A DNA stretch of 63,662 nt, filler included, from Octopus bimaculoides (taxonomy: Eukaryota), in the NCBI RefSeq assembly GCF_001194135.2. It is 7 parts of 7 records of this genome, joined end to end, with 100 filler letters (N's around TTAATTAATTAA, not from the genome) between each part and the next. Parts side by side here need not be neighbours in the genome. Positions count along the whole stretch, not along the records: positions 1 to 14,778 come from NC_068981.1; 6 more parts are not named here. The stretch is one strand, 5' to 3'. Position numbers and translations under genes: made by a program. Below the pieces are notes generated by a model, which saw only the letters and a program-made list of their open reading frames with translations, was not told the origin of the DNA and searched no databases. Of this stretch, positions 1 to 12,434 are shown one piece after another (the first letter of the stretch is position 1; the number at the start of each line of letters is the position of its first letter).

Positions 1-309
1 ACCCGTTTCCAGTTTCCCCTCACTTACCACCCCACCATCCTACCTGTCCAACGCACCATTCTCCGAGCCTTTCGACGACTCCAGTTAGACCCCTCCACTT
101 CGCACATCTTCCCTAACCGACTCGGCAACGACTCCCCGGTTTCGCGCCATTTCCGCTCTACTGGTCACTCTTTACAACACCTGTCTGTGTTCGGATTGTC
201 CTTGCACAGGGGCCATCCGGCCGACCGTCTTCACCGTGAGCAGAGATTAAACTTCTCTCTTCGCTCCTTTGCGTCTCATGGGCTCAACTCTCTTCCCCTA
301 TTCATCTAA
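1..309 (+). mobile_element. Penelope-like element ORF C-terminus, internally deleted
   Basis: Frame 1 is open from base 1 to TAA at 307-309: TRFQFPLTYHPTILPVQRTILRAFRRLQLDPSTSHIFPN-RLGNDSPVSRHFRSTGHSLQHLSVFGLSLHRGHPADRLHREQRLNFSLRSFASHGLNSLPLFI. It matches the PLE motifs LTYHP, PVARHF...GLSLH and EQ..IF.L....GLN, but the zinc-finger/GIY-YIG segment normally between them is absent. Confidence 0.8.
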
Positions 310-841
310 CCCTCCTCCTCTCTCCTCTCTTCCTCTCACACCTACTTCCTCCCACCCACCTCTTCTCTCTTGCTCTAGCACCTACTTTCTCTCTTCACTC
401 CTATCCCCTTCTCCCTTCCACCCTCTCCCTTCATCGTCACCCCCTCCCACGTTACCCCACTCCTACACATTCCAACCCCACCATCCCTATAATCCAATCC
501 CACCCCACCTCATCCCNNNNNNNNNNNNNNNNNNNNNNNNNNNNNNNNNNNNNNNNNNNNNNNNNNNNNNNNNNNNNNNNNNNNNNNNNNNNNNNNNNNN
601 NNNNNNNNNNNNNNNNNNNNNNNNNNNNNNNNNNNNNNNNNNNNNNNNNNNNNNNNNNNNNNNNNNNNNNNNNNNNNNNNNNNNNNNNNNNNNNNNNNNN
701 NNNNNNNNNNNNNNNNNNNNNNNNNNNNNNNNNNNNNNNNNNNNNNNNNNNNNNNNNNNNNNNNNNNNNNNNNNNNNNNNNNNNNNNNNNNNNNNNNNNN
801 NNNNNNNNNNNNNNNNNNNNNNNNNNNNNNNNNNNNNNNNN

Positions 842-1105
842 GTTTTGGGATCACCACTACTTTATTATCTCCCCTTCTTCCTAGCTCTCCTGTGTGACCC
901 CTCGGTCTGGCATTCGCCATGATAGATCGCTAGCCATGAAACCTTTTCTATTTTCTCTCCGTTTACTTCTTTGTTCCTTTCTGTCGAAGTGCGTAGGCTC
1001 GAAACGTAAAAGACGTTCTCACTTCCCGAGCGTTAAACTAATACATCTGTTTGTTGTTTACACACCCATCTTCGTCTTTTGTTTTTCTTTTTTGTAAATT
1101 CTCAC
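842..1105 (+). mobile_element. PLE-type 3' tail (family also at 11425-11535 and 44712-44840), ending in (TA)n
   Basis: GCGTAGGCTCGAAACGTAAAAGAC...CCCGAGCGTTAAACTAATACA...TTGTTGTTTA recurs in reverse complement at two other loci. It lies downstream of the PLE ORF across a gap. Confidence 0.7.
977..1012 (+). ncRNA. Minimal type I hammerhead ribozyme motif, variant core
   Basis: Stem I CTTT/AAAG, core CTGTCGA(A), stem II GTGC-GTAG-GCTC, GAAA, palindromic CG stem III, TA cleavage site. Confidence 0.55.
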
Positions 1106-1125
1106 TATATATATATATATATATA

Positions 1126-2262
1126 CATACATGACAGAAATAAATAGACACCCTTACAATCGTTAAAATCTAGTTAAATCTGAAATTATATATTGAAATT
1201 ATTTATTAATTGTTATGATGTGAATATTATTAGGCATGTTAATTATCAGATGGCGAATATTCTCTTGAGGAATTACTTGCCGAGTTTCATGCAGTAATCT
1301 CAAAAGATCTGGCTTTGAGTATGCTTTCTTGCTCTTTTTATGGACTATGCTGTCCATTATGCCCCAGATGTGTTCAATTGGGTTCGTATCTAGTGACTGA
1401 CTTGACCAAGGAAGCTTTTAATGCCATTCTCATCCAACAATTCTTGGGTCATCTTAGCCATATGACAAGGAGCCCCCTCTTCCATGAATAAAGAGTCTTC
1501 TGTAATCATTTCACCACTAGAGAAAATTGGAAAGAGTCCTTTCTGCAATATGGACACATATATATCTGAGTTTATGCTTCCCTCACACTCCACCAACTCT
1601 GGTCGACCATTGCTCCAAATTGCTCCCCAGACCATCACAGAACAGCTGCCGTGTTTCATTGTTGGCTGCAATCGTTTTACAAGTTCTTTATTACAGAGTC
1701 TCCAGACCTACAGCCGACCACTGTCAGAAAATACAGCAAATCTGGATGCATCAGAGAATATGACAGTGTCCCAAAATGCTAGTGGCCGCTCTACCATCTC
1801 ACTGGCCCAATCTTTTCTCTGCTTGATATTGGCTGGTAAAAGAAGTGGCTTCCTTATTGCTGTTCTGCCAAGATAACCAAGTTTGTGGAGATACCTGACA
1901 GCTGTTCTGGGACTCACATCAACGTGTTCTGCTATGTCAGGGGCCTTGCAACGAGGATTATCCTCCACACTTATCTTAACAAACAGAAGTGTCCTGTCAG
2001 ATAGCCCTGGTCAATCTGAGCGAGGTGACGTGAACTCCTTCCCTTCTCTGGGGAATTGCACGATCACACTATTAACTGTAAAAAGCGGGATCCCAAGATA
2101 TTCTGTGATTTTACACTGACTGTGTCCACCTTCAGATTGACCCACAACATGGCCTCTTTGAAACATAAAAATGTCAATTAGTAAAAAATATGAACCTTTA
2201 CTAGTTATAATAAATATAAAATGATATTTTATGGGGTCTCTATTTACTTCCCTCATGTCTGT
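1126..2262 (-). mobile_element. Tc1-family DNA transposon (DD34E type), pseudogenised
   Basis: Minus-strand frames give the HTH ([14 protein letters not shown]...), RKPLL...WDTVIFSDASRF, PTMKHGSCSVMVWG...FMEEGAPCH and a frameshifted W.SQSLDTNPIEH. Imperfect TIRs: CATACATGACAGAAATAAATAGACACCC (about 1126-1153) vs GGGTCTCTATTTACTTCCCTCATGTCTG (about 2234-2261), with TA-rich flanks. Confidence 0.9.
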
Positions 2263-3625
2263 GTACATATATTTGTTGCTATTATGTTAAGCTGTCGTAT
2301 ATCCAAATTTGGCCAAATGCGTTTTTTTTTTTGTTTTTTTTTCAATATTTAATTCTGCTTGCAAAAGCCGGTTCTTTTGGTCAAACTATTGTATCTCTAG
2401 CTGCTTCAGATGCCAAGATATGAAAATTGTCAAAGTGTATTACAACGGTTTAGCATTTTTCAAAAGTGGAGTAAGTCCCACATACAACAGTTTTTCAAAA
2501 TTATTCCTTACTGAAAATATCATATATGTATGGAGTTACGATTTTAGGCACCCAACAAAATATCATTGTTAAGCTGAAACTGTTGCTAATGTAAAAAGAA
2601 ATAGAATACTGAAAGTATTTTTTCGTTTTCTGGAAAAGCAGCGTTTTGAACTTGCAGCACTTTTGCNNNNNNNNNNNNNNNNNNNNNNNNNNNNNNNNNN
2701 NNNNNNNNNNNNNNNNNNNNNNNNNNNNNNNNNNNNNNNNNNNNNNNNNNNNNNNNNNNNNNNNNNNNNNNNNNNNNNNNNNNNNNNNNNNNNNNNNNNN
2801 NNNNNNNNNNNNNNNNNNNNNNNNNNNNNNNNNNNNNNNNNNNNNNNNNNNNNNNNNNNNNNNNNNNNNNNNNNNNNNNNNNNNNNNNNNNNNNNNNNNN
2901 NNNNNNNNNNNNNNNNNNNNNNNNNNNNNNNNNNNNNNNNNNNNNNNNNNNNNNNNNNNNNNNNNNNNNNNNNNNNNNNNNNNNNNNNNNNNNNNNNNNN
3001 NNNNNNNNNNNNNNNNNNNNNNNNNNNNNNNNNNNNNNNNNNNNNNNNNNNNNNNNNNNNNNNNNNNNNNNNNNNNNNNNNNNNNNNNNNNNNNNNNNNN
3101 NNNNNNNNNNNNNNNNNNNNNNNNNNNNNNNNNNNNNNNNNNNNNNNNNNNNNNNNNNNNNNNNNNNNNNNNNNNNNNNNNNNNNNNNNNNNNNNNNNNN
3201 NNNNNNNNNNNNNNNNNNNNNNNNNNNNNNNNNNNNNNNNNNNNNNNNNNNNNNNNNNNNNNNNNNNNNNNNNNNNNNNNNNNNNNNNNNNNNNNNNNNN
3301 NNNNNNNNNNNNNNNNNNNNNNNNNNNNNNNNNNNNNNNNNNNNNNNNNNNNNNNNNNNNNNNNNNNNNNNNNNNNNNNNNNNNNNNNNNNNNNNNNNNN
3401 NNNNNNNNNNNNNNNNNNNNNNNNNNNNNNNNNNNNNNNNNNNNNNNNNNNNNNNNNNNNNNNNNNNNNNNNNNNNNNNNNNNNNNNNNNNNNNNNNNNN
3501 NNNNNNNNNNNNNNNNNNNNNNNNNNNNNNNNNNNNNNNNNNNNNNNNNNNNNNNNNNNNNNNNNNNNNNNNNNNNNNNNNNNNNNNNNNNNNNNNNNNN
3601 NNNNNNNNNNNNNNNNNNNNNNNNN

Positions 3626-3671
<46 letters not shown>

Positions 3672-4029
3672 TCCATACCTATTTATATATGTATGAATCC
3701 ATACTTATATACATACATTATTTATTATATTCGTCAAAGATTTCTTTTGTGTTTTCCTATAGCATATATGTTCTGTTTCATTCATTCATTCTTCCATTCT
3801 GACGCTTCATCTCTTAGTATGTGTGTGTGAGTCTGTGTTCACGTGTGGTGAGGGTTTGCGTGTGTTTACGTATGTATATATGCATGTATGTAAAAATACG
3901 TATATCTATGCGTATATATATATATATACATACATATATATAAACATACATATATGTAAATATATATAAATATAAAGATATGTAAATATGTATTATATGT
4001 GCATATATATACATATATATGTACGTATA

Positions 4030-4068
<39 letters not shown>

Positions 4069-4078
4069 NNNNNNNNNN

Positions 4079-4120
<42 letters not shown>

Positions 4121-4249
4121 GTTTATTTGTTTGTATGTATACTGATGGTCGTTCGTTCAGGCTATTAAGTATTTATATGAGAGTCGTATGTGATTGCTTG
4201 TGCGCATATATATGGTGTGAGTATGTCTGTGTGTGTGTGTGTGTGTGTG

Positions 4250-4283
<34 letters not shown>

Positions 4284-5232
4284 TGTCTCATTGATATCCT
4301 ATACGGAGAGCAATGACGTATACCCCAAATTTTATGTTTATACATCAAATTTATCTGCAGGCAAAGGTTTGAGTCATCACTCATATAGATAACGAGAAAG
4401 TTATATAGATGAATTGATAGAGATGTAAGTTCGTGTGTGTGTGTGCTTGCGCGCGCTTGTATAAGTCTGTGTGTGAATATATATGTGTGTGTGTGTGTGT
4501 GTGTGTATGAATATATATATATATATATATATGTGTACGTATGTATGTATGTATGTATGTTTGTATGTATGTATGCATGTATATGTATATATATGTACAT
4601 ATATATGTGTGTGTAGATATAAGCATATATATATACATACACATAAACATTTATACGACATATAGATATGACATATCATATGTATATATGTTTAAATAAA
4701 TATATGTATANNNNNNNNNNNNNNNNNNNNNNNNNNNNNNNNNNNNNNNNNNNNNNNNNNNNNNNNNNNNNNNNNNNNNNNNNNNNNNNNNNNNNNNNNN
4801 NNNNNNNNNNNNNNNNNNNNNNNNNNNNNNNNNNNNNNNNNNNNNNNNNNNNNNNNNNNNNNNNNNNNNNNNNNNNNNNNNNNNNNNNNNNNNNNNNNNN
4901 NNNNNNNNNNNNNNNNNNNNNNNNNNNNNNNNNNNNNNNNNNNNNNNNNNNNNNNNNNNNNNNNNNNNNNNNNNNNNNNNNNNNNNNNNNNNNNNNNNNN
5001 NNNNNNNNNNNNNNNNNNNNNNNNNNNNNNNNNNNNNNNNNNNNNNNNNNNNNNNNNNNNNNNNNNNNNNNNNNNNNNNNNNNNNNNNNNNNNATATATA
5101 CAGATAGAAAGGGAGAGAAAATGATATAACGATAGAAAAAAACAGAGAGACTATCAGTAAAGTAGTGAGAAAGTTAGGCATCATGGTGTCCCATATAGTA
5201 TGAGGGAGGTATAAAGTCATATATAGATAGAA

Positions 5233-5275
<43 letters not shown>

Positions 5276-5555
5276 TGGATGGATGGATGGATGGATGGAC
5301 CACATATGTAGTTAGATAAATAGAATGATGGATAGAAAGATATAAGCACGCGTTCATGCGTGTATAAATAACGTGTAAATAACGCGTGTATATTATGCAT
5401 CGATTAATTGACATAGTGCCATTGTATATATGTGAATGCGAGTATATATGCATGTGAGTACGTAATATGTGCGTGTGCTTGCGTGTGTGAGGGAACATAC
5501 TTAGATGTATGGGAATTGACATAGACATATACACACGCACACTCAAGACGAACAG

Positions 5556-5556
<1 letters not shown>

Positions 5557-5593
<37 letters not shown>

Positions 5594-5594
5594 T

Positions 5595-5674
<80 letters not shown>
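5557..5674. repeat. (GATA)n microsatellite at the 3' junction of a Tx1-like LINE
   Basis: Read directly. Confidence 0.95.
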
Positions 5675-6254
5675 CATCTTTTTGTTATAGCCACACAGGG
5701 CTAAATACAGAAAATGGGACAAATTACAATGTAGAGCTTTTCTTTGGGGAGGAAGGGGGGATAATTTCGATCAAAAGGGATCGTGGGGGAAAAAAAGGGT
5801 GGGGCGATCAATAGGGATCGTGTATCACAGTCAATGTAAAAAAAAAACGGGGAACAGATTAGGTTTATCCGTGGAGAGAAAAGCCTACGGAAAAGACCAC
5901 GGTCACCTCAGGCTTCTTTTTTTAAAGGTACATGAAAGTAAGTACCTTCTCTCTTTTTGTCTCTTTTTGTTACAAGTCTATGCTTAAAATGGTGTCGTCT
6001 TTCATTCTTACCATTCTTGCCACATTTACCCATTTTTTATTGAAACTTTCATTCGACAACACTTTCCTCTCTATCCACATCCTCCTTTTCAAGTGGTACT
6101 TGAAAAAGTTGACGAGGGACTGACCAGAGAGGAAAGTGTTTGTTTCTAGACCTTTCAAACGCGTCCACCACATGCATTCTTTTGCCATAGATATCAGTGT
6201 TACAAAAACCGCTTTTCCTTCCCGTTTAAAGGAAGGTGGCGGAACAATATTCAC
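5675..6254 (-). mobile_element. 5'-truncated Tx1/L1-like LINE: ORF2 C-terminus plus 3' UTR
   Basis: Minus ORF 5970-6254 (SMAKECMWWTRLKG...FFKYHLKRRMWIERKVLSNESFNKKWVNVARM) resembles a Tx1-clade ORF2 end. Its 3' UTR matches 25349-25564. Flanked by (GATA)n on both sides. Confidence 0.65.
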
Positions 6255-6261
6255 GATAGAC

Positions 6262-6319
<58 letters not shown>

Positions 6320-6634
6320 CACACACACACACACACATACACACACACACACACATATGTGTATCTATATGTATCTATGAACTGATGTTATCTGGTCGGA
6401 CATCTATAAATACAAGACCATGAGTACTACACGCACGCACGCGCTCGCACACACATATGGACACACGTGCACATGCACACACAAAGAGACACATACGTAC
6501 AAATAGACACACACGCACAAACGCGCACAAACACACATAAACATATTTATATATATACGTGTGTGCATGAGTGTGTGAAACTCTATATGCGTGCGAGTGT
6601 GTGCATGTTGTTTGTATGTATAAATATGGAGATA

Positions 6635-6808
6635 TAGCAGCATTTCGCCAGTCTTTACCTTCTGAGTTCAAATTCCACCGAGCACGACTTAGCCTTTCAT
6701 CCTTTCGGGGCCGATAAATTAAATACCAGTTGCGTACTGGAGTCGATGTAATCGACTAGTCTCCTCCCCACAAAATTTCAGGCCTTGTGCCTTTAGTAGA
6801 AAGGATAT
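6635..6808 (+). mobile_element. SINE family A, 5'-truncated
   Basis: TTCTGAGTTCAAATTCC...CCTTTCATCCTTTCGGGG...GGCCTTGTGCCTTTAGTAGAAAGG is shared with many copies in the window. Confidence 0.85.
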
Positions 6809-6908
6809 ATTAAAATATATACGCATATGAGCACATATATACTGTATATACACGCGCTCGCGTGCGCCTCCATCCGCATGTATATAACATGTGTGAGTTT
6901 ATATATAC

Positions 6909-6947
<39 letters not shown>

Positions 6948-6973
6948 CAAATATATGTATGTATGAATATGTA

Positions 6974-7004
<31 letters not shown>

Positions 7005-7247
7005 GTATATATATATATATGTATATGTATACATATATGCACACACATATATATACATATGTATATATATGTATATATACATATATACATACATATACAT
7101 ATACATATATATATATATTTATATATGTAATTATATGTATAGCTTTAAATATCCATCAATCTAACTGCATATATATGTGTATATACATATACTTACAATA
7201 CATACATCCATCCATCCATCCAAACAAACATACATATATACATATAC

Positions 7248-7286
<39 letters not shown>

Positions 7287-8400
7287 NNNNNNNNNNNNNN
7301 NNNNNNNNNNNNNNNNNNNNNNNNNNNNNNNNNNNNNNNNNNNNNNNNNNNNNNNNNNNNNNNNNNNNNNNNNNNNNNNNNNNNNNNNNNNNNNNNNNNN
7401 NNNNNNNNNNNNNNNNNNNNNNNNNNNNNNNNNNNNNNNNNNNNNNNNNNNNNNNNNNNNNNNNNNNNNNNNNNNNNNNNNNNNNNNNNNNNNNNNNNNN
7501 NNNNNNNNNNNNNNNNNNNNNNNNNNNNNNNNNNNNNNNNNNNNNNNNNNNNNNNNNNNNNNNNNNNNNNNNNNNNNNNNNNNNNNNNNNNNNNNNNNNN
7601 NNNNNNNNNNNNNNNNNNNNNNNNNNNNNNNNNNNNNNNNNNNNNNNNNNNNNNNNNNNNNNNNNNNNNNNNNNNNNNNNNNNNNNNNNNNNNNNNNNNN
7701 NNNNNNNNNNNNNNNNNNNNNNNNNNNNNNNNNNNNNNNNNNNNNNNNNNNNNNNNNNNNNNNNNNNNNNNNNNNNNNNNNNNNNNNNNNNNNNNNNNNN
7801 NNNNNNNNNNNNNNNNNNNNNNNNNNNNNNNNNNNNNNNNNNNNNNNNNNNNNNNNNNNNNNNNNNNNNNNNNNNNNNNNNNNNNNNNNNNNNNNNNNNN
7901 NNNNNNNNNNNNNNNNNNNNNNNNNNNNNNNNNNNNNNNNNNNNNNNNNNNNNNNNNNNNNNNNNNNNNNNNNNNNNNNNNNNNNNNNNNNNNNNNNNNN
8001 NNNNNNNNNNNNNNNNNNNNNNNNNNNNNNNNNNNNNNNNNNNNNNNNNNNNNNNNNNNNNNNNNNNNNNNNNNNNNNNNNNNNNNNNNNNNNNNNNNNN
8101 NNNNNNNNNNNNNNNNNNNNNNNNNNNNNNNNNNNNNNNNNNNNNNNNNNNNNNNNNNNNNNNNNNNNNNNNNNNNNNNNNNNNNNNNNNNNNNNNNNNN
8201 NNNNNNNNNNNNNNNNNNNNNNNNNNNNNNNNNNNNNNNNNNNNNNNNTATATATAGGGAGAGATATAGCGAGGGTGAGAGAGAGAGAAAGAGAGAGAAA
8301 GCGGTAGACAGATAAAAAGACAAACAGTGCAGTGAGATTCATCCATATATAATGAATACGTAGAAATATATTACTTAATATATCCGTTTATGCACAAGTA

Positions 8401-8778
8401 GGCGCAGAAGTGGGTGTGTGGTAAGAAGCTTGCTTACCAACGACATGGTTCCGGGTTCAGTCCCACTGTATGTCACCTTTGATAAGTATCTTCTGCTATA
8501 GCCTCAGGCCGACCGAAGCCTTGTGAGTGGATTTGGTAGACGGAAACTGAAAGAAGCCTGTCGTATATATATATGTGTGTGTGTGTGTGTATGTGTGTTT
8601 GTTGTCTCTGCAACATTGCTTAACAACCGATGCTGATATGTTTACGTCCCCGTACCTCAGCGGTTCGACAAAAGAAACCAATAGAATAAGTACAAGCTGG
8701 GATCGATTTTCTCGACTGAAAGCGGTGCTCCAGCATGGCCGCAGTCAAGTGACTGAAACAGGTGCAAGAATAAAAGAA
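8401..8778 (+). mobile_element. tRNA-derived SINE family B, near full length
   Basis: A-box/B-box-like head (TGTGTGGTAAG, GGTTCAGTCC), body GGAAACTGAAAGAAGCC, central microsatellite, 3' CCAGCATGGCCGCAGTC...GACTGAAACA. Confidence 0.9.
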
Positions 8779-8972
8779 AAATTACATGCACACACAGATG
8801 TATATGAATATATGCATAAGTAATAAGGAAATGTATGGATGTATGTGCCTTTTTGTGTGCTGTGATCATATAGATAGATAGAAAGAGAGAGAGACAGAGA
8901 GACAGACAGAGAGAGAAAGCGTGACAGACAAACAAATAGACAGACAGGCTGACAGATATATATATAATTACC

Positions 8973-9037
<65 letters not shown>

Positions 9038-9275
9038 GTGTGAGCACGCGCGTGTGTGTACGCGCATATGGAATGGCTAGAAGATTATTGAGCGAGATCA
9101 GATAACCAGTTGATCTACCTAGCGGGACCACACCTCAGTGACCGTCGAGATGAAGGCCCTGAAACGGCATGCATTTTCTCCTGGTGACTCCATAATTTCG
9201 CTGGTGTCTGGTATGCCTGACTGGTAGCACTTGTATTTGCAAGTTGTTTATAGATAGATAGACAGATAGATAGAT

Positions 9276-9330
<55 letters not shown>

Positions 9331-9552
9331 TAGAGACAGAGAGAGAGAGACAGAGAGACAGAGACAGAGACAGAGACAGAGACAGACAGACAGACAGAAG
9401 ACAGACGCAAACAAATATAGAATTTATGGCTTTTTTTTTAAATAATTGTTTTGAAGAATCTTCCATACTGAGTAAAACTGTATTAAGTAATTTTCATAAA
9501 GACTTAAATATGTGTGTTATACATTCATATATACATACATATACAAATGCAC

Positions 9553-9602
<50 letters not shown>

Positions 9603-9653
9603 CAGTCAGTTATTCATGAGTCGGAATAAAGACAAACTCTAAAACTTTTGTCA

Positions 9654-9730
9654 GTCGAGAAATTTACTGGACACAATTGTTTCATTAGGAAATGAACTAT
9701 TGTGTCCAGTAATAAAATAAAGTCTCCCGA
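9654..9730. other. Inverted repeat / hairpin
   Basis: TTACTGGACACAAT (9664-9677) is the exact reverse complement of ATTGTGTCCAGTAA (9699-9712), with further imperfect pairing inside and outside. Confidence 0.8.
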
Positions 9731-10549
9731 CAGGATTGTGATTGACACTCAAGACATCAAGCATCTTATCTTTCCCGATAAACTTCGCGCCATTTCAAAG
9801 TTTCGAACGAAGTAGATTAGCGTTTTGTTGGGGATTAAGCTAATGGGAATGGTCTCTACCGGTAGTGGTCTCTCTTTCGCTAGCTTATACATACGTGTAT
9901 GCACACATTAGGCAACAGAGTGTGATTTCAGTGAGGTTTTCTGCAAATTTCATCAGTTTGTGAAAACAAGTAGAATCTCTTACGATTATCTGTATCTGAG
10001 ACCAACTGATTTGCCATTTCATTATTAAGTATATCTCAAGGGTAATCACTGAAAATTGTTACACTAAAACTGATGACTAAATTCCCAAGTAAAAACCTGT
10101 CTTTTCACCAGCGAATGCCATCACTGATGGAATGATTCCACAATCAATCACAAACCTCAGGAGACACTCAATTTGTTTGATAGAAAAGTCTAGTTTTCGA
10201 TACGTAAGATATGAGTGTGGCCGAGTTCAATAGCTTCATGCATGCATTTGCCTGTGTGTTAGAAAAGGCAAACGCGTGTGTATTAGAGGGTTTATAATTT
10301 TAGATCATCCACAAAGAAAACAATGGTTTAGAGTGGTATTTCCACCTTCCTATCAGACAATTACGTGGCCTTCAGGTTTTCTAACAAATACGACCAGGGA
10401 TTAACTTCAAGTATAAGTAATCTCATTGAGAAAAACTCTTTTTGAAACATACTGTTACGATCCTATATTCATTCTATCGGTAACAATACAACCATTCCCT
10501 CTATTTAACCTTGTGATAGCATCTCAAGACGAAAGTTACTAACCTATAG

Positions 10550-10650
10550 CCATGGTTACAGACCCTGGAGCTTTAGTAAGTTTAAGGGATTGTAACATCC
10601 GTAAGTGCAGAACAAAAGTAAATGCTTATAAAAGCCTGCCTTTTCCCGGA
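10550..10650 (+). mobile_element. Very degraded CR1/L2-like RT C-terminal remnant
   Basis: In-frame VTDPGALVS-LRDCNIRKCRTKVNAYKSL resembles the KDLGV... and K..AYKSL motifs with an internal deletion. Confidence 0.3.
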
Positions 10651-11374
10651 ATGACCTGCATCTTGACAATTCAAGCTTTTCAAAACCTGATTTTCACATC
10701 ATAAGACCCTAGAGGAAATTTAAGAATATTAATTACTGGGAGGCTTTAATTGAACAAGTGACCGAAAAATGCTTATTGTAATTCTTTCTTAACTGAAAAT
10801 ATACAGAAAACTTTATTAGACAATTAGATTGAAATCGGTGCCAAAAGCAGCACATTACTGCATGATATACATACACACACACACACACACATACATACAT
10901 ACATACATAAATATATATAGGAGTAAATGTGAGGACAAGTAAGTCAGGCAAATGGATATACAAAAAAATATTAAATACATTTAATACAAAAAATTTACAT
11001 ATGTATGCATATGAAGAAGGTTCAACTTACACATAACTCTTACTCAACCCCTTTATTCTGTGTAAGTCGGACCTTTTTATATGTATACATATATACATTT
11101 TTTGTATTAAATGTGTTTAATATTTTTTTGTATATTGTCTTGCCTAACTTGCTTGTCCTCACGTTTACTCCTCTACCCACTCAAGTTCATATCTCTTGAG
11201 TACTATGAAGTGTATTCTATACAAAAGAATATCTGTTTCTAATCTATATATAAAGGGTATCTGGTAATTCTAAGGGTGGGCGAACTCTATTTTGTACGTT
11301 TTTAACGGAATACACCTCAACTATATGTGTGTGTGTATGTTTGTCTATATGTGTGTATGCATGAGTGTTGTGTT

Positions 11375-11414
<40 letters not shown>

Positions 11415-11424
11415 ATGGTTCAAA

Positions 11425-11535
11425 TGTACAGAAAACAAAAGACAAAGAGGGATAAGGGAACAAGAAGCAGGTGCATTAGTTTGTCCCTCGGGAAGAATGG
11501 AATAGTCTTTAACGTTTCGAACCTACGCTCTATGG
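11425..11535 (-). mobile_element. PLE-type tail, truncated just 5' of hammerhead stem II
   Basis: The reverse complement reads GAGCGTAGGTTCGAAACGTTAAAGAC...; same family as 842-1105. Confidence 0.7.
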
Positions 11536-12099
11536 TGTACAAAATGGGACAAGAACACAAAACATCCAGACAGTTAGGTGAAACAAAAAAGAGGACAATA
11601 AAACACACCAAAGCGGGTGGAATTGTTTATAAAATAATTAGTTACTCAATTTTATTTACGTCTCATTATTAGTTATATAATCTAAATTAAATAAATTGCT
11701 TTGTCAAATATTCAGCGGCGTATAACATTCATTCGTAACATTACTGAAACAGTGATAGCGTTGTCATCAATGTATAAGCAAACATCTGTAAGATGGCAGG
11801 CTGTCATTCATCCAGGAGCATTTAGTATTGCCAATAAAAATTGCACTCAAGTCAGATATCGTAATTTCATTATATAATTCATATAACATAGCTAATAATC
11901 ACTCATTATTGATGAACGTATATAACATGGTGTTAACAAAATATTTTATAAGCAATATCATTTTCTTTGTACTTGCATTCAGTGATATAACCAGCTGCGA
12001 ATTCCTACCAATTCATAGGTGACTAATAATAAGGGTACTCCTTTAGATGTACGGGATTATACGTAATATTCTTAATTTGTCGAGCATTCTGATTTTAAA

Positions 12100-12375
12100 G
12101 CAGCGTCGACGTGATAAAAGCTTTGCTTCTCAATCACAGGGTTCCAGGTTCAGTCCCACTGCATAGCATACTGTGTAAGTGTCTACTACAATAGCCGCAG
12201 GTCGACCAAAGCCTTGTAAGTTGAATTACTAGATGGAAACTGAAAGAAGCTAATCGTATATAGATGTGTTTGTGTCTTTGTCACCCACCGCTTGAAAACG
12301 GATTATAGTGAGTTTATGTCTCTGTGACTTAGCGGTTCAGTAAAATGAACTGATAGAGTAAGTACCGAATATAAA
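12100..12375 (+). mobile_element. SINE family B, diverged
   Basis: GGTTCCAGGTTCAGTCCCACTG...GGAAACTGAAAGAAGC...ACTTAGCGGTTC. Confidence 0.8.
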
Positions 12376-12434
12376 AACAAATATGTTCCGGGTCTTAAAT
12401 TATTATTATTTAGGTCTTAACCACTATGCCACAT

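Noticed and set aside
2501-8346. Long ORFs rich in YI/CV/HT dipeptides and X (and all similar ORFs across the window)
   Set aside because: They are translations of (TA)n, (CA)n, (TACA)n microsatellites and N gaps, not genes.
9135-9170. GATGAAGGCCCTGAAACG as a hammerhead
   Set aside because: No CUG core start, no UH after helix III and no stem I.
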